From positions 1-47,631 of the forward strand of contig JBFJHN010000001.1 of NCBI GenBank assembly GCA_041613275.1: DNA of 47,631 nt, read 5' to 3'. The notes beneath the pieces are model-generated. The model worked only from the letters and a program-made list of their open reading frames with translations, searched no databases and had not been told where the DNA came from. This DNA comes from Candidatus Krumholzibacteriia bacterium. GTDB taxonomy: Bacteria > Krumholzibacteriota > Krumholzibacteriia > G020349025. The position numbers and the translations under genes are program-made. Positions 8,034-17,413 of this stretch are shown here, in pieces; the stretch's first letter is position 1, and every line of letters starts with the position of its first letter.

Positions 8034-8311
8034 ACGAGGTTCCCGACTATCTCACCGGTGTTCTCGATGGCAAGCCGAAACTCGACGAGTATGCGCTGTA
8101 CGCTCTGTCGATCTTTCGGAGGGCCGAGCGCGGTCGCGGCGGCATGGGAGACGGTCGGATTCTTCCGAGCGAGCTTCAAGCCGTGCTCGACGAGATGCTT
8201 CTCTTCGACCCGGAGTCGAGAGACTTCTACACGCGCATCATCGACGCCGCCGACGATGAAGTCATGCTCGTGCGCTCAGAGCAGCGAGAAGCGCGCAAGC
8301 AGAGCAAGTGA
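7494..8311 (+). CDS. tail assembly chaperone -1 frameshift fusion (gpGT-like); shift at 7928-7934, -1 frame 7934..8311
   Basis: The -1 frame from 7934 is open for 125 codons to TGA 8309-8311. It reads a well-composed protein (LRSFVRWEREWSEHSEALEEQLAYLQEQESQGLDEVPDYLTGVLDGKPKLDEYALYALSIF..DPESRDFYTRIIDAADDEVMLVRSEQREARKQSK) that has no start codon of its own and is not in the ORF track. Confidence 0.65.
7928..7934 (+). promoter_or_regulatory. -1 programmed ribosomal frameshift slippery heptamer GGGAAAC (X XXY YYZ in zero frame: G GGA AAC)
   Basis: Zero-frame codons GCG GGA AAC TCA were verified against the ORF start at 7494. The heptamer sits 33 codons before the gpG stop, the usual geometry for G/GT. 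Confidence 0.65.
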
Positions 8312-8379
8312 GTGCTGCGGCACTACTCAAGCGCTGATCGTCGCGAATAGGCGGCGCTGCGCGCCAAAGCGGAGCACTC

Positions 8380-11300
8380 ATGGCTGAGCAGATTCCGCTG
8401 GACATCATCAGTCGGCTTCGCGGCGACGAGCGCGTCGAGCGCCAGCTCGAAGACATCGCGAAGAAGCTCGACAAGCTCGACAAAGAGCAAGAAGAAGCCG
8501 CCGACTCGGCGCAGAAGCTAGAGCAGCGTCAGCGTGGTCTCGGCGGCACGCTTGGCTCGGTGCGCTCGCAGTACCAAGCGCTCACCGGCATCGTCGGCGG
8601 CGTCGTAGCTCTGCGGCTCGCGCGGTGGGTTGCCGACACGTCGATCGAGTTCGAGCGGCTTGAGACGCAGCTTGAGTCGGTGGTCGATCGCGGCGAAGAC
8701 GCCGGGGCGATCTTCTCGATGCTGCAAGACTTCTCGGCGTCGACGCCGTTCAAGCTCGCCGAGCTGACGCAGTCCTACATCGGTCTTCGTGCCCGCGGCT
8801 TCGAGCCGACGATGGAGACGATGCGCGCGCTCGGCGATCTCGCGGGCACGTTCGGCAAAGACTTCCTTACCGCGATGCAAGCGGTCTCTCAAGCTGCGTT
8901 TGGTGAAGCCGAGATGCTCAAGCAGTTCGGCATCATCATGCGCCAGGAGCACGACAAGGTTCGGATTCTCTACAAGGGCACCGAGCAAGTCGTCGAGCGC
9001 GAGTCGAACGCGATCTTCGAGCATCTGATTCGACTTGCTCAGGGTCCAGGCATCTCGGGCGGCGCTGAGCGGCTCGCCGAGACGGTCGGCGGCAAGCTCT
9101 CGACGCTGAGCGACAAGCTCGACCTCTTGTCGAACACGGCGTTCAAGGATCAAGGCGGCATGGACGCGCTCGCCGGTCTCGTCGATCTTGGCATCGCTCT
9201 GACCGGTCTCCAGTGGGACTCTGCAGCTTCCGGTCTGGAGTCGCTCGCTAACGCGTGGGCGCAGTTCGTGACGACCGGCCCTGGTGCTGAGCAGCTCGCC
9301 GATGCGCTGGAGCGACTCAGCGATGCCGACAATGCGATCGAGCAAGCTCTCGGCGACAGCGCGAAGCTCCAAGAGACGACCGACTTTCTCGCCGAGCTGA
9401 GCGAGCACGTCGACTCGATCGCTACCGGCTCGGAAGAGATGCAGCGGCTCGACGCGCTTGTCACGCTTCTGGAGCGACAGCGCGAGCTGACGGCGGAGAT
9501 CGAGCAGCACAAGACGGCGGCTCAAGAGATCAAGCGCGAGCTGCAAGAGCATCTCGATCTCGTCGCGGCCCGACTGGAGTCCGAAGAGGCGATCGTCGAA
9601 GCCGTAGAAGCGGCAGCGGACGCGCGCTCGCGCGATCCGATCTATGGCTCTGGCAGCGGCAGAGCTGTACCAGACTTCGAAGTCGACTTCGTCGACGAAG
9701 AGCAGATTCTTTCCGACGCTCAAGAGATGATCGAGCGACTCGCTGCCGAGTGGGCGAGAGCGAATACCGAGATCACGCAAGACGCTCTCGCCAAGTGGGA
9801 GCGCGACGTCATCGACGAGATCACGAAGCAGTTTCACGAGATGCAAGAGCCGTCGTTCGGTTCAGCATTCGCGTCGAGCTTCGGTGAGTCGATGGGGCGG
9901 ATTGGCTCGCGGCTCGGCGATGCGGCGACGCAAGCGATCATCAACGGCGATCTCGAAAACTTCTTCGACAACATCGGCTCGATCTTCGCTGCCCAGCTTG
10001 CCGGGGCGGTGCAAGATGCCATCGCAGACGCTCTCGTGCAGCAGGGCTTGTCGACGAGCGCCGCCGCTGGCGTGGCTGGCTTCTTCGTCTTGTTCGCCGC
10101 AGGGATCGTCTCGGCGATCGACCATACGTTCGGACCGTCGAACGCGGTCGTCACTGGCTTTCTCGGCGTCGTCGACGCATACGGTCGAGAGACCGAAGTC
10201 TTCGTCAACGCTGTCGGCACGTTCGAAGACGCCGCCGTCATCCTGGCCGATGCTGCAGCAGACATACGAAGCGCGATGGGCGATGTGAACACGCTACTCG
10301 GTGGTGGTCTCGGCTTCAGCCCTGCGCCCGGTAGTCCGTTCAACATCATCGGCGACCATCCAGGGCCGGGAAACATCGGTGGGGGTGGTGGCGGGAATCC
10401 GGTCTTGCCTCCAGGTCTCGGCTTCGACTTTGGTGACAGCTTGCGCATTCCAGTGCGCGAGATGTTCGAGGGGTTCTTTGGAGATCTTGAGCTGGTAATT
10501 GAGGAGCGGGGCGGCGAGTGGATCGTCGCCATCGTGGGCGTTGTGACCGGCTTCGGGGATTCGCTGGAAGCAGCGACGCAAGACATGCTCGACCGGTTCG
10601 CTCGGCGTCTGCCGGAGCTGATCCGCACTGGTCTCGTCACGCTCGACTTTGTTCCCGAGGCGCTAATCGACGTGCTCGTCAACAGCGGCGCGCAGACGTT
10701 TGACCAGCTCATGGAAGCTCTGCGGAATGCGAGCGACGTCTTCCTCGCGAGTCTCGGGCCGATCGAGGGCGACGTCTTCGCTCACTTCTCCGAGCTTGGC
10801 GCGAGTGTGCAGCAAGCCGTCGCCGATGGGCTGTCGAAAGACGTAGCCCTTGAGTCGCTTATCAATCAGACGCGCGACTTCTTCTCCGGCATCGCTGGCG
10901 TCAACCTGTTCCCGGTGCTTGCCGATGTCGACGCGGTGCTGCTGCTGCTCGAAGAGCGGCTTGCGGCTCTCGGTCTCACGCTCGAAGACTTGCCGGGGAT
11001 CGCCGACGCGGCGGCGCATGCGGTCGAGCTGTTCAATCAAACGCTGCTCGAAGACGTCTTCACGCGGCTTCTCACGATCATCGAGCGCATCCCTGAAGCC
11101 GAAGAAGACGCGGCTCGCATTCGTGCCGAACTGGCAGAGATTCAGTTTCGGCTCGACATCGAGACTGTTCGCATCCAGGCGGCGACGCTGCGCGAGACAG
11201 ACGCGATCACGAAGCGGCAGTTCAATCGGATTATGGACTTGCTCGATCGAGCGTCGGCTTTCGCTGACAGCTTCGACTTCCGAGAGCGCGACGGCGGTCC

Positions 11301-12570
11301 TGGGGGCGTGAGCAGACCGACGCCAAGAGACGCGCCGCGCATCGAGATTCCCGATCCCCTCGATGTTCGCGTAGTGGAAGACGAGACGGCGCTCACGCCG
11401 GAAGAGATCGCCGACATCATTGAGCGTCGGCGCTCGATCGAGCGGCGGCTCGTGCGCGAGCGCCAAGATGTCCAAGCCGACATCGTCGGCGGCGAGACCG
11501 GCGACCTCATGTCGCTGCTGTTCGACCAGAAGCGGCGCGAAGAAGACCTGCGGCGCGAAACGCATCTCACGAACAAGATGCGCGAAGAGCTGGCTCTAAT
11601 TGCCACGCTTGAACTTCGAGAGTTTCGACTCGGACTCGAAGAGTCGATCCGCAGCGTGTCGTCTCTCGGCGCTGCGCGCGAGAGCGTCTTGCAGACCCTT
11701 CGGAGCATCAACGACATGCGCCGCGCGCTGCTCTTGCTTGCCGCAAACGGCGAAGACGTGACGGAGGCGATGAAGGAGCTTGCCGAGCAAGAGGCGCAGC
11801 TTCGAGCGGAGATGGAGCGCGATCTCGCATCGCAGCTCTTCTCGTTCTTCGAGGGGACCGAGCAGTATCAAGAAGAGATCGCCGAGCTGCGCGAAGCCGA
11901 GCGCATCGCTCAGCTTGAGATGCTGCGCGTCCAGCTCGAAGCTCTCGGCGTCTTCGAGCAGTACCGCGACGTGTGGGAAGACGCTCTCGATGTGGTCGTG
12001 ACCGGACTCGACGACGTGACGACGGCTGTGTCTGATCTCGAAACGGCGCTCGACGCTCTGCGCAAGAGCCAAGACGACGCTCTGCTCGGACAGTCGTCGC
12101 CGCTGTCGTCCGAGCAGCGGCTCTTCGTCGCGCAGCGCCGCTTTAACGACATCTTCGCGGCGGTCGAGGGCGGCGACTTGTCGCGCGTGCAAGAGCTGAT
12201 CGGCGCGCGCTCGACGTTGCTCGATGTGGCGAGCGGCTTCGGCTCTGGCGTGCTCGGGACGGTGTTCGCTCGCACGTTTCGCTCGGTGGAAGACCTCATT
12301 GCGCAGCTCGACGCTGACGCTCTGGAACAGCAGCAAGCGCTGACGCAGGGAGTCTTCAGCGAGAGCGCTCAGCAGACGCGCGAGACGATCACGTCGACGA
12401 GCGCACAAGTCGAGAACGCGATCATCGCCGGGAACGACAGCCAAGCGGAGCGCGACGCTGTCGTTATCCAGCTGCTTGACCGAGCAAACAAAACGCTCGG
12501 CGACGTGTCTGAGCAGACGGCGGCGACGGCAGTCATCTTGCGCGATGTCGAGAAGAGGCTCGCGCGGTGA
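8380..12570 (+). CDS. tail tape measure protein (1396 aa)
   Basis: GGAG SD. Very long Ala/Leu/Glu-rich helical protein with a central hydrophobic/Gly-rich segment (..GGGGGNPVLPPGLGF..). Directly follows the G/GT pair. Confidence 0.9.
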   Translation: MAEQIPLDIISRLRGDERVERQLEDIAKKLDKLDKEQEEAADSAQKLEQRQRGLGGTLGSVRSQYQALTGIVGGVVALRLARWVADTSIEFERLETQLESVVDRGEDAGAIFSMLQDFSASTPFKLAELTQSYIGLRARGFEPTMETMRALGDLAGTFGKDFLTAMQAVSQAAFGEAEMLKQFGIIMRQEHDKVRILYKGTEQVVERESNAIFEHLIRLAQGPGISGGAERLAETVGGKLSTLSDKLDLLSNTAFKDQGGMDALAGLVDLGIALTGLQWDSAASGLESLANAWAQFVTTGPGAEQLADALERLSDADNAIEQALGDSAKLQETTDFLAELSEHVDSIATGSEEMQRLDALVTLLERQRELTAEIEQHKTAAQEIKRELQEHLDLVAARLESEEAIVEAVEAAADARSRDPIYGSGSGRAVPDFEVDFVDEEQILSDAQEMIERLAAEWARANTEITQDALAKWERDVIDEITKQFHEMQEPSFGSAFASSFGESMGRIGSRLGDAATQAIINGDLENFFDNIGSIFAAQLAGAVQDAIADALVQQGLSTSAAAGVAGFFVLFAAGIVSAIDHTFGPSNAVVTGFLGVVDAYGRETEVFVNAVGTFEDAAVILADAAADIRSAMGDVNTLLGGGLGFSPAPGSPFNIIGDHPGPGNIGGGGGGNPVLPPGLGFDFGDSLRIPVREMFEGFFGDLELVIEERGGEWIVAIVGVVTGFGDSLEAATQDMLDRFARRLPELIRTGLVTLDFVPEALIDVLVNSGAQTFDQLMEALRNASDVFLASLGPIEGDVFAHFSELGASVQQAVADGLSKDVALESLINQTRDFFSGIAGVNLFPVLADVDAVLLLLEERLAALGLTLEDLPGIADAAAHAVELFNQTLLEDVFTRLLTIIERIPEAEEDAARIRAELAEIQFRLDIETVRIQAATLRETDAITKRQFNRIMDLLDRASAFADSFDFRERDGGPGGVSRPTPRDAPRIEIPDPLDVRVVEDETALTPEEIADIIERRRSIERRLVRERQDVQADIVGGETGDLMSLLFDQKRREEDLRRETHLTNKMREELALIATLELREFRLGLEESIRSVSSLGAARESVLQTLRSINDMRRALLLLAANGEDVTEAMKELAEQEAQLRAEMERDLASQLFSFFEGTEQYQEEIAELREAERIAQLEMLRVQLEALGVFEQYRDVWEDALDVVVTGLDDVTTAVSDLETALDALRKSQDDALLGQSSPLSSEQRLFVAQRRFNDIFAAVEGGDLSRVQELIGARSTLLDVASGFGSGVLGTVFARTFRSVEDLIAQLDADALEQQQALTQGVFSESAQQTRETITSTSAQVENAIIAGNDSQAERDAVVIQLLDRANKTLGDVSEQTAATAVILRDVEKRLAR

Positions 12571-15500
12571 AGAATTGGGTTGTCATAGCTTCGCCGCGAC
12601 GGCGTGACAACGGCGTACGCGAGACGCTGTATCTGTCGCTCTTGCCGTATACGAGCGGTCCTGGGGACACCCCGGCGAACGAGCCGTTCCTGCCGTACTT
12701 GGTCGCGGCACCGACTGCCGATGCAACGCTCGTCAACGGCAGCGACTTGGCGGCGCACTCTCTGCCGCGTTTCGGCGGCGTCGAGATTCGAAACCACCCA
12801 CTCGCGCGAGACGGCGAGACCGGATTCTTGAGTTTCGAGGATGCAACTCCGTGGCTCTTCGAAGACTCTGATGCGTGGGCGCTGGAGCTGTTCGAAGCGA
12901 TGCTCGGCTTTCCGATCGCCGGCCGGAATGACTTCTTGTTCTCAGACTACTACTGGAGCGGCGCTCCGATCTCGATTCGCGACGGCGAAGACGATGCGAC
13001 GCTCTCGACGTACACCGAGCGCTACTCCGGCACTGCCAAGAGAGAGCCGGGGGCGTCCGTCTCTCAGCGCGGCAGACACGGCACGCTGCAAGTCGAAGTC
13101 TCCGACCTCGCCGAGTTCTTCGAGCGACGACTGCAAGAGTCTCGCTGGCTCGGTCTCGGTGCCGCTGTGCGCGCGACGAACTTGAGCACTGGCGGTCTCG
13201 GCTCGATCACCGGCTTTCCGTTCAGAGCATGGCCCGACACCGCAGGGATGAGCGTGCGACTCAAGCTGCGCGGCAGAGAAGTCGAGACGACGGAGAAGTT
13301 GCTTGAGCAGCGCGGGACTGGCGGCAATACGGGCGGCTTCACACTCTACTTCGACGGCGCGACGCCGAAGCTGAAGTTCGAAATCGACGACGAGACGACA
13401 GTCGTCACTGCGGAGCTGAGCGAGAGCGAGACGGCGGCGATCTTGAACGGCTTCATACACGACGTCGATCTCGTCTACGACTACGCAGTGACGCAGACGG
13501 CGCGCTTCTACGTCGACGGCGTCGCCGCTGGTACTGCCGCCGATCTGAGCACGCTCTCGACCGGCTTCGCCGCGACGACCGGGCACAAAGCGGTAAACAT
13601 GTGGATCGGTCGCGACAAGAATCAAGTCGGCACGCTCGACAAGACGATCGACTTGGTAGAGCTGGCGATCTGGCGCACGGCTCGCAGCGCCGAAGACGTG
13701 AGCGCCGCTGCGGGATCCCCGACGCCGTTCAACGACGCGTCGCTTGTGCTCTTGGTCGACTTCAATCAGAGCTTCTTGCGCAAAGCGTTCAACCGCGCGC
13801 TCTCGACGCCGCTGCGCGAGTCGAAGTCTTCATACATGCTGTGCAAGACGACCGCCGAGCGGCTCGACTTCACCGGAGACGTAACCGCTCTCGATGTTCC
13901 CTCGACGAATGGAGAGGTCACGGTCGAAGCGACGGTCTTCGTGCCGGTCACGGCGACAGCCGCGAAGCCGATCATCTACGAGGTCACTGGAGGGTACCGC
14001 TTCTATTGGGTGTCGGCGACGAAGCGACTCGGCTTCTCGCTTCACAACGGTACTTCGTGGGTCGACGTCGAGACGCCGAACGACGTCGTCGATGAGGGCC
14101 GAGAGCATGACATCGCGGCGGGGTGGGATGATCTTTCCAAAGACGTTGTCTTCTACGTCGACGGTCAAGTCGTGCACACGGCGAATCTCTCCGTCTCGCC
14201 GAACGCAGGCTCGGCTCTGCACATCAACGGCGCTTCGGCGGCTGCGGCGTTCGACGAGCTGCTCATCACCGAAGTGCGACTGTGGAGCGTCAAGCGCACC
14301 CAGAAGCAGATCGAAGCGTGGCGCTCCCGGCGCATGCTCGCGCCGATTGTCGGACTCGTCGAAGCGTGGACGCTCGAAACTGACACGAGCAGCATTACGG
14401 GTGCGCACGACTTGACGGCGACGTCGACTGAGAACTACGGCTCGAAGGACGTGCCGCTCATCACTGGAGCGGTCTACGTCAGCACCGACACCGGAGAGCC
14501 ATCGCTCGCCGACAAGCCGATCGACGTGTGCATGGGGTACGTGCCTGCGGCACGACCGACGCTTGAGATGCCAGCGCTTCTCATCTACCGAGTCAACGAC
14601 GGACCGACCGAAGAGATGGTCGTCGACGAGGGCGGCGAGCCGCTTGTGTGGGCTGGAGACGTAGAAGAGTCTGTCGCTCTCGACGACTTCCACAAGATCA
14701 CAGGAACGGTCACGACGACTACGTCTTCGGACCAAGTCGTCGGCATTGGAACGAAGTTTCTCTCGGAGCTGGTGCCGGGCCAGCGCGTGCGCTTCTGGTA
14801 CCAAGGGCCACCGGGACCGGACTTCATCTTCGACGCCGTCGTCGTCTCGATCGAAGACGACGAGAACTTGACGATGGACCGAGAAGCGAACAGCTCTGTC
14901 GGCGGTACCGGCATCGACATCTACGCATTCGATCTCGGCGAGCTGTCCGACTTTGTTCGGCGCGACGTCTCGCACCGTATCACCGGTACAGTCGGCATCA
15001 CGTCGTCGTCGAAGACGCTTACCGGGAGCGGGACGCTCTTCCAGAGCGAGCTGTACCCTGGGCTGAAGCTGAGCATCGAAGTCTCGGCAGGGACGTACGT
15101 CGACGCGATCGTGACGGTTGTCGCGAGTGACACGTCGGCGACTCTCGGTGCGAACCAAGCGAGCACGGCGAGCGGCTTGTCGTGCTGGCGCTATCGACCG
15201 ATGCCGGGTTACTACGCGACGCAGCACTCGACCGGTCGCTTTCGTCTCGGCTCTGAGCCGCTCTTGCCGGTCTCGGTGCGCGTGCGCGGCGACTCGATCC
15301 AGAACATCGCGCGCGAGTACTCCGACAACCTTGCCGTGCTTCTGGCTTCGGTGATGCTGCGACACGGCTCTGTCGAGCTTGCCGATCTCGACACGAGCGC
15401 AAGCGGACTCGGCGACGTCGCCGGAGCGACCGAGAACGGACTCAAGTCGGCGCTCTCCGGTCTCGTGTGCGGGTTTCACTTCGGGCCGGAAGACCGCTCC

Positions 15501-16121
15501 ATCTTCGAGGCGCTGAGCTACTTGGTCGGAGAGAACTTCGGCGTCTATTGGGGGCAGAGCTTCGGCGGCAAGCTCACGGCTGGATGGATGGGAGCGGCGG
15601 TGTCGAGTCCGAGCGAGATCGAGACGGCGCTCGTCGTCGACCTGGACGCGCCAGCGACGGACCCCCCGGTCGAGCGCGTCTCGCTTGAATGCGAGCTTCG
15701 CGAAGTCGTGCTCGGCGAGTCGGACGTCTCGAAAGCGATCGAGCTGCCGGAAGCGATCGCGCGGCTTGGTAGCGAGCTGCAGACGCTCGATCCAGAAGCG
15801 ACGGACACCGGCAGCGATCTCGCACGGACCCTTCCGGCTTCAATGCCAGCCGCCACGCGCGAGAGCGTCCGAACGTCCGGTCTTCTTGAGACGTGGCAAG
15901 CGCTGCTGTCTTCCGGTCGTCGCTTCTACGAGTACCGCTTCAGAGACGCCGAGGGTCTCAAAGACATCGGCGCTGAAGTTGAGCTTGTCGGTCCGCTCGG
16001 CATCGGCGTCTCGTCGCCGCGCGCCACCGGTCGCGTCGCCGCATGGGCTTTCGTTCCAAGCAGAAGCGAGTACACTCTGACCGCCTGGGCGAACCTGCCG
16101 TCGCATCTAGGGCAGCCATGA
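12567..16121 (+). CDS. large tail-tip/host-specificity-like protein with two LamG (concanavalin-like) domains and a tandem ~80-aa repeat
   Basis: GTGA overlap with the TMP. Two LamG-like segments at about nt 13330-13700 (..DVDLVYDYAVTQTARFYVDGVAAG..NMWIGRD..LVELAIWRTARS) and about nt 13910-14320 (..HDIAAGWDDLSKDVVFYVDGQVV..LLITEVRLWSVKRTQKQIEAW). N-terminus ETLYLSLLPYTSGPGDTPANEPFLPYL resembles tail-tip proteins of GTA/lambda-J-like modules. Confidence 0.7.
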   Translation: MKNWVVIASPRRRDNGVRETLYLSLLPYTSGPGDTPANEPFLPYLVAAPTADATLVNGSDLAAHSLPRFGGVEIRNHPLARDGETGFLSFEDATPWLFEDSDAWALELFEAMLGFPIAGRNDFLFSDYYWSGAPISIRDGEDDATLSTYTERYSGTAKREPGASVSQRGRHGTLQVEVSDLAEFFERRLQESRWLGLGAAVRATNLSTGGLGSITGFPFRAWPDTAGMSVRLKLRGREVETTEKLLEQRGTGGNTGGFTLYFDGATPKLKFEIDDETTVVTAELSESETAAILNGFIHDVDLVYDYAVTQTARFYVDGVAAGTAADLSTLSTGFAATTGHKAVNMWIGRDKNQVGTLDKTIDLVELAIWRTARSAEDVSAAAGSPTPFNDASLVLLVDFNQSFLRKAFNRALSTPLRESKSSYMLCKTTAERLDFTGDVTALDVPSTNGEVTVEATVFVPVTATAAKPIIYEVTGGYRFYWVSATKRLGFSLHNGTSWVDVETPNDVVDEGREHDIAAGWDDLSKDVVFYVDGQVVHTANLSVSPNAGSALHINGASAAAAFDELLITEVRLWSVKRTQKQIEAWRSRRMLAPIVGLVEAWTLETDTSSITGAHDLTATSTENYGSKDVPLITGAVYVSTDTGEPSLADKPIDVCMGYVPAARPTLEMPALLIYRVNDGPTEEMVVDEGGEPLVWAGDVEESVALDDFHKITGTVTTTTSSDQVVGIGTKFLSELVPGQRVRFWYQGPPGPDFIFDAVVVSIEDDENLTMDREANSSVGGTGIDIYAFDLGELSDFVRRDVSHRITGTVGITSSSKTLTGSGTLFQSELYPGLKLSIEVSAGTYVDAIVTVVASDTSATLGANQASTASGLSCWRYRPMPGYYATQHSTGRFRLGSEPLLPVSVRVRGDSIQNIAREYSDNLAVLLASVMLRHGSVELADLDTSASGLGDVAGATENGLKSALSGLVCGFHFGPEDRSIFEALSYLVGENFGVYWGQSFGGKLTAGWMGAAVSSPSEIETALVVDLDAPATDPPVERVSLECELREVVLGESDVSKAIELPEAIARLGSELQTLDPEATDTGSDLARTLPASMPAATRESVRTSGLLETWQALLSSGRRFYEYRFRDAEGLKDIGAEVELVGPLGIGVSSPRATGRVAAWAFVPSRSEYTLTAWANLPSHLGQP
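14691..15194 (+). repeat. tandem protein-level repeat inside the tail-tip gene (aa 709-788 and 803-876)
   Basis: HKITGTVTTTTSSDQVVGIGTKFLSELVPGQRV...DAVVVSIEDDENLTM aligns with HRITGTVGITSSSKTLTGSGTLFQSELYPGLKL...DAIVTVVASDTSATL. Confidence 0.55.
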
Positions 16122-16954
16122 GCAAGCCGCACATCATCGAGCCGCAGGGCTACACGATCTCGGAAGTCGGCGCGGGCGTCGGCACCGAAGAGCACTTGCG
16201 CGACGTCGACTGCGGTCGTCGGTGGGTGACGACGACGATGAGCGGTCTGTACGTCGTGATAGATCGCGGCGCGTCTGAAGACTGCTCGGGACTCGGCATC
16301 TTCCACACTCCAGCGACACCGACCGCGACGCGTCTGATTCGAAGCTCGGACACCGAAGCGAACTTGCTCGGCTCAAGCCCTCCGGGGCCGTTCGCGCGAA
16401 CGATACCGGGGGCCGGTACAGACGACTTCATCGCGAGCGCGACCGACTCGGATGTGCAAGCGCGCATCGCCTATTGGCGGCATCGCTCTACGGTCTGGAT
16501 CGACACCGTCTCGCCGATCACCGAGCGGTATGTGCGAATTGACATCACCGACGCCGCGCTCGCGAGCTTCTACGCGAGCAGGCTCGTCGCCGGAGTCGCA
16601 CACTTGCTGCCGCGCTATCCCGCGCGCCGCGCGCAGCCGCCAGCATTCGAGCAAGCGAGCATCTACCAAGAAGCTCTGACGAGCGCCGTCATTGGCACGC
16701 GCTCGCGGCGCTTCCGCACGACACGCTTCTCGCTCGACGCTGGAGAAGCCGACGAGCTGCTCTTGTCGACCATCTACGAGCGGCGCGGTTCCGATCTCGA
16801 CGTCGTCTTCGTGTGGGACTACGAGCACACGCATGCTCACCGGTACTCGTTTCTCGGCGTGATGGACAGTCCGCAGAGACCGACGATCCCTCATCTAGCC
16901 GATCGGCAGATCGGCTTCTCGTTTCAAGAGACGTTCGACCCCATCGGGAGCTAG
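16118..16954 (+). CDS. hypothetical tail protein (278 aa)
   Basis: ATG 16118 overlaps TGA 16119-16121 (ATGA). The in-frame upstream extension of ORF-track 16043.. overlaps the preceding gene. Assigned by tail-module synteny only. Confidence 0.6.
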   Translation: MSKPHIIEPQGYTISEVGAGVGTEEHLRDVDCGRRWVTTTMSGLYVVIDRGASEDCSGLGIFHTPATPTATRLIRSSDTEANLLGSSPPGPFARTIPGAGTDDFIASATDSDVQARIAYWRHRSTVWIDTVSPITERYVRIDITDAALASFYASRLVAGVAHLLPRYPARRAQPPAFEQASIYQEALTSAVIGTRSRRFRTTRFSLDAGEADELLLSTIYERRGSDLDVVFVWDYEHTHAHRYSFLGVMDSPQRPTIPHLADRQIGFSFQETFDPIGS

Positions 16955-16957
16955 CTC

Positions 16958-17413
16958 GTGACCGACATTGCAGACCGCTCGCTCGACAACGAAGTGACCG
17001 AAGCCGAAGAGCTGATCGTGCGCGATCCAGCGGCTTCGATCTCTCAGCGCGAGCACCGAGCGCTGAGCGTTCAAGGGTCGGTGCACTTGGCGATCACGTC
17101 GCACGGCTTCACGAAGGGCAAGCTCATCGGTCGCAGCGGTAGTGCGTGGGTACTGGCAGACGCCGACAACTCGATCCCCGCGCTGTATTGGGTGGTCTAC
17201 GTGATCGACGCGAATAATGTGCTCGTGGCGAAGCAGTACAAGCTCACACTCACTTCGCACGGAAAGACGCCGCTCGACCAGGACTATTACTTGTCGACGA
17301 CGGCTGGAGACTTCCAAAGCTCCGAGCCGGAGCCGGGAGACATCTCGCAAGTCGTCGGCTACGTGCTCGACGCGAACACCGTGCTCTGTGACATTCAGGA
17401 GGCGAAGCAGTGA
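16958..17413 (+). CDS. hypothetical tail-module protein (151 aa)
   Basis: GTG 16958 preceded by GGGAG. Good composition. No motif recognised. Confidence 0.6.
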   Translation: MTDIADRSLDNEVTEAEELIVRDPAASISQREHRALSVQGSVHLAITSHGFTKGKLIGRSGSAWVLADADNSIPALYWVVYVIDANNVLVAKQYKLTLTSHGKTPLDQDYYLSTTAGDFQSSEPEPGDISQVVGYVLDANTVLCDIQEAKQ

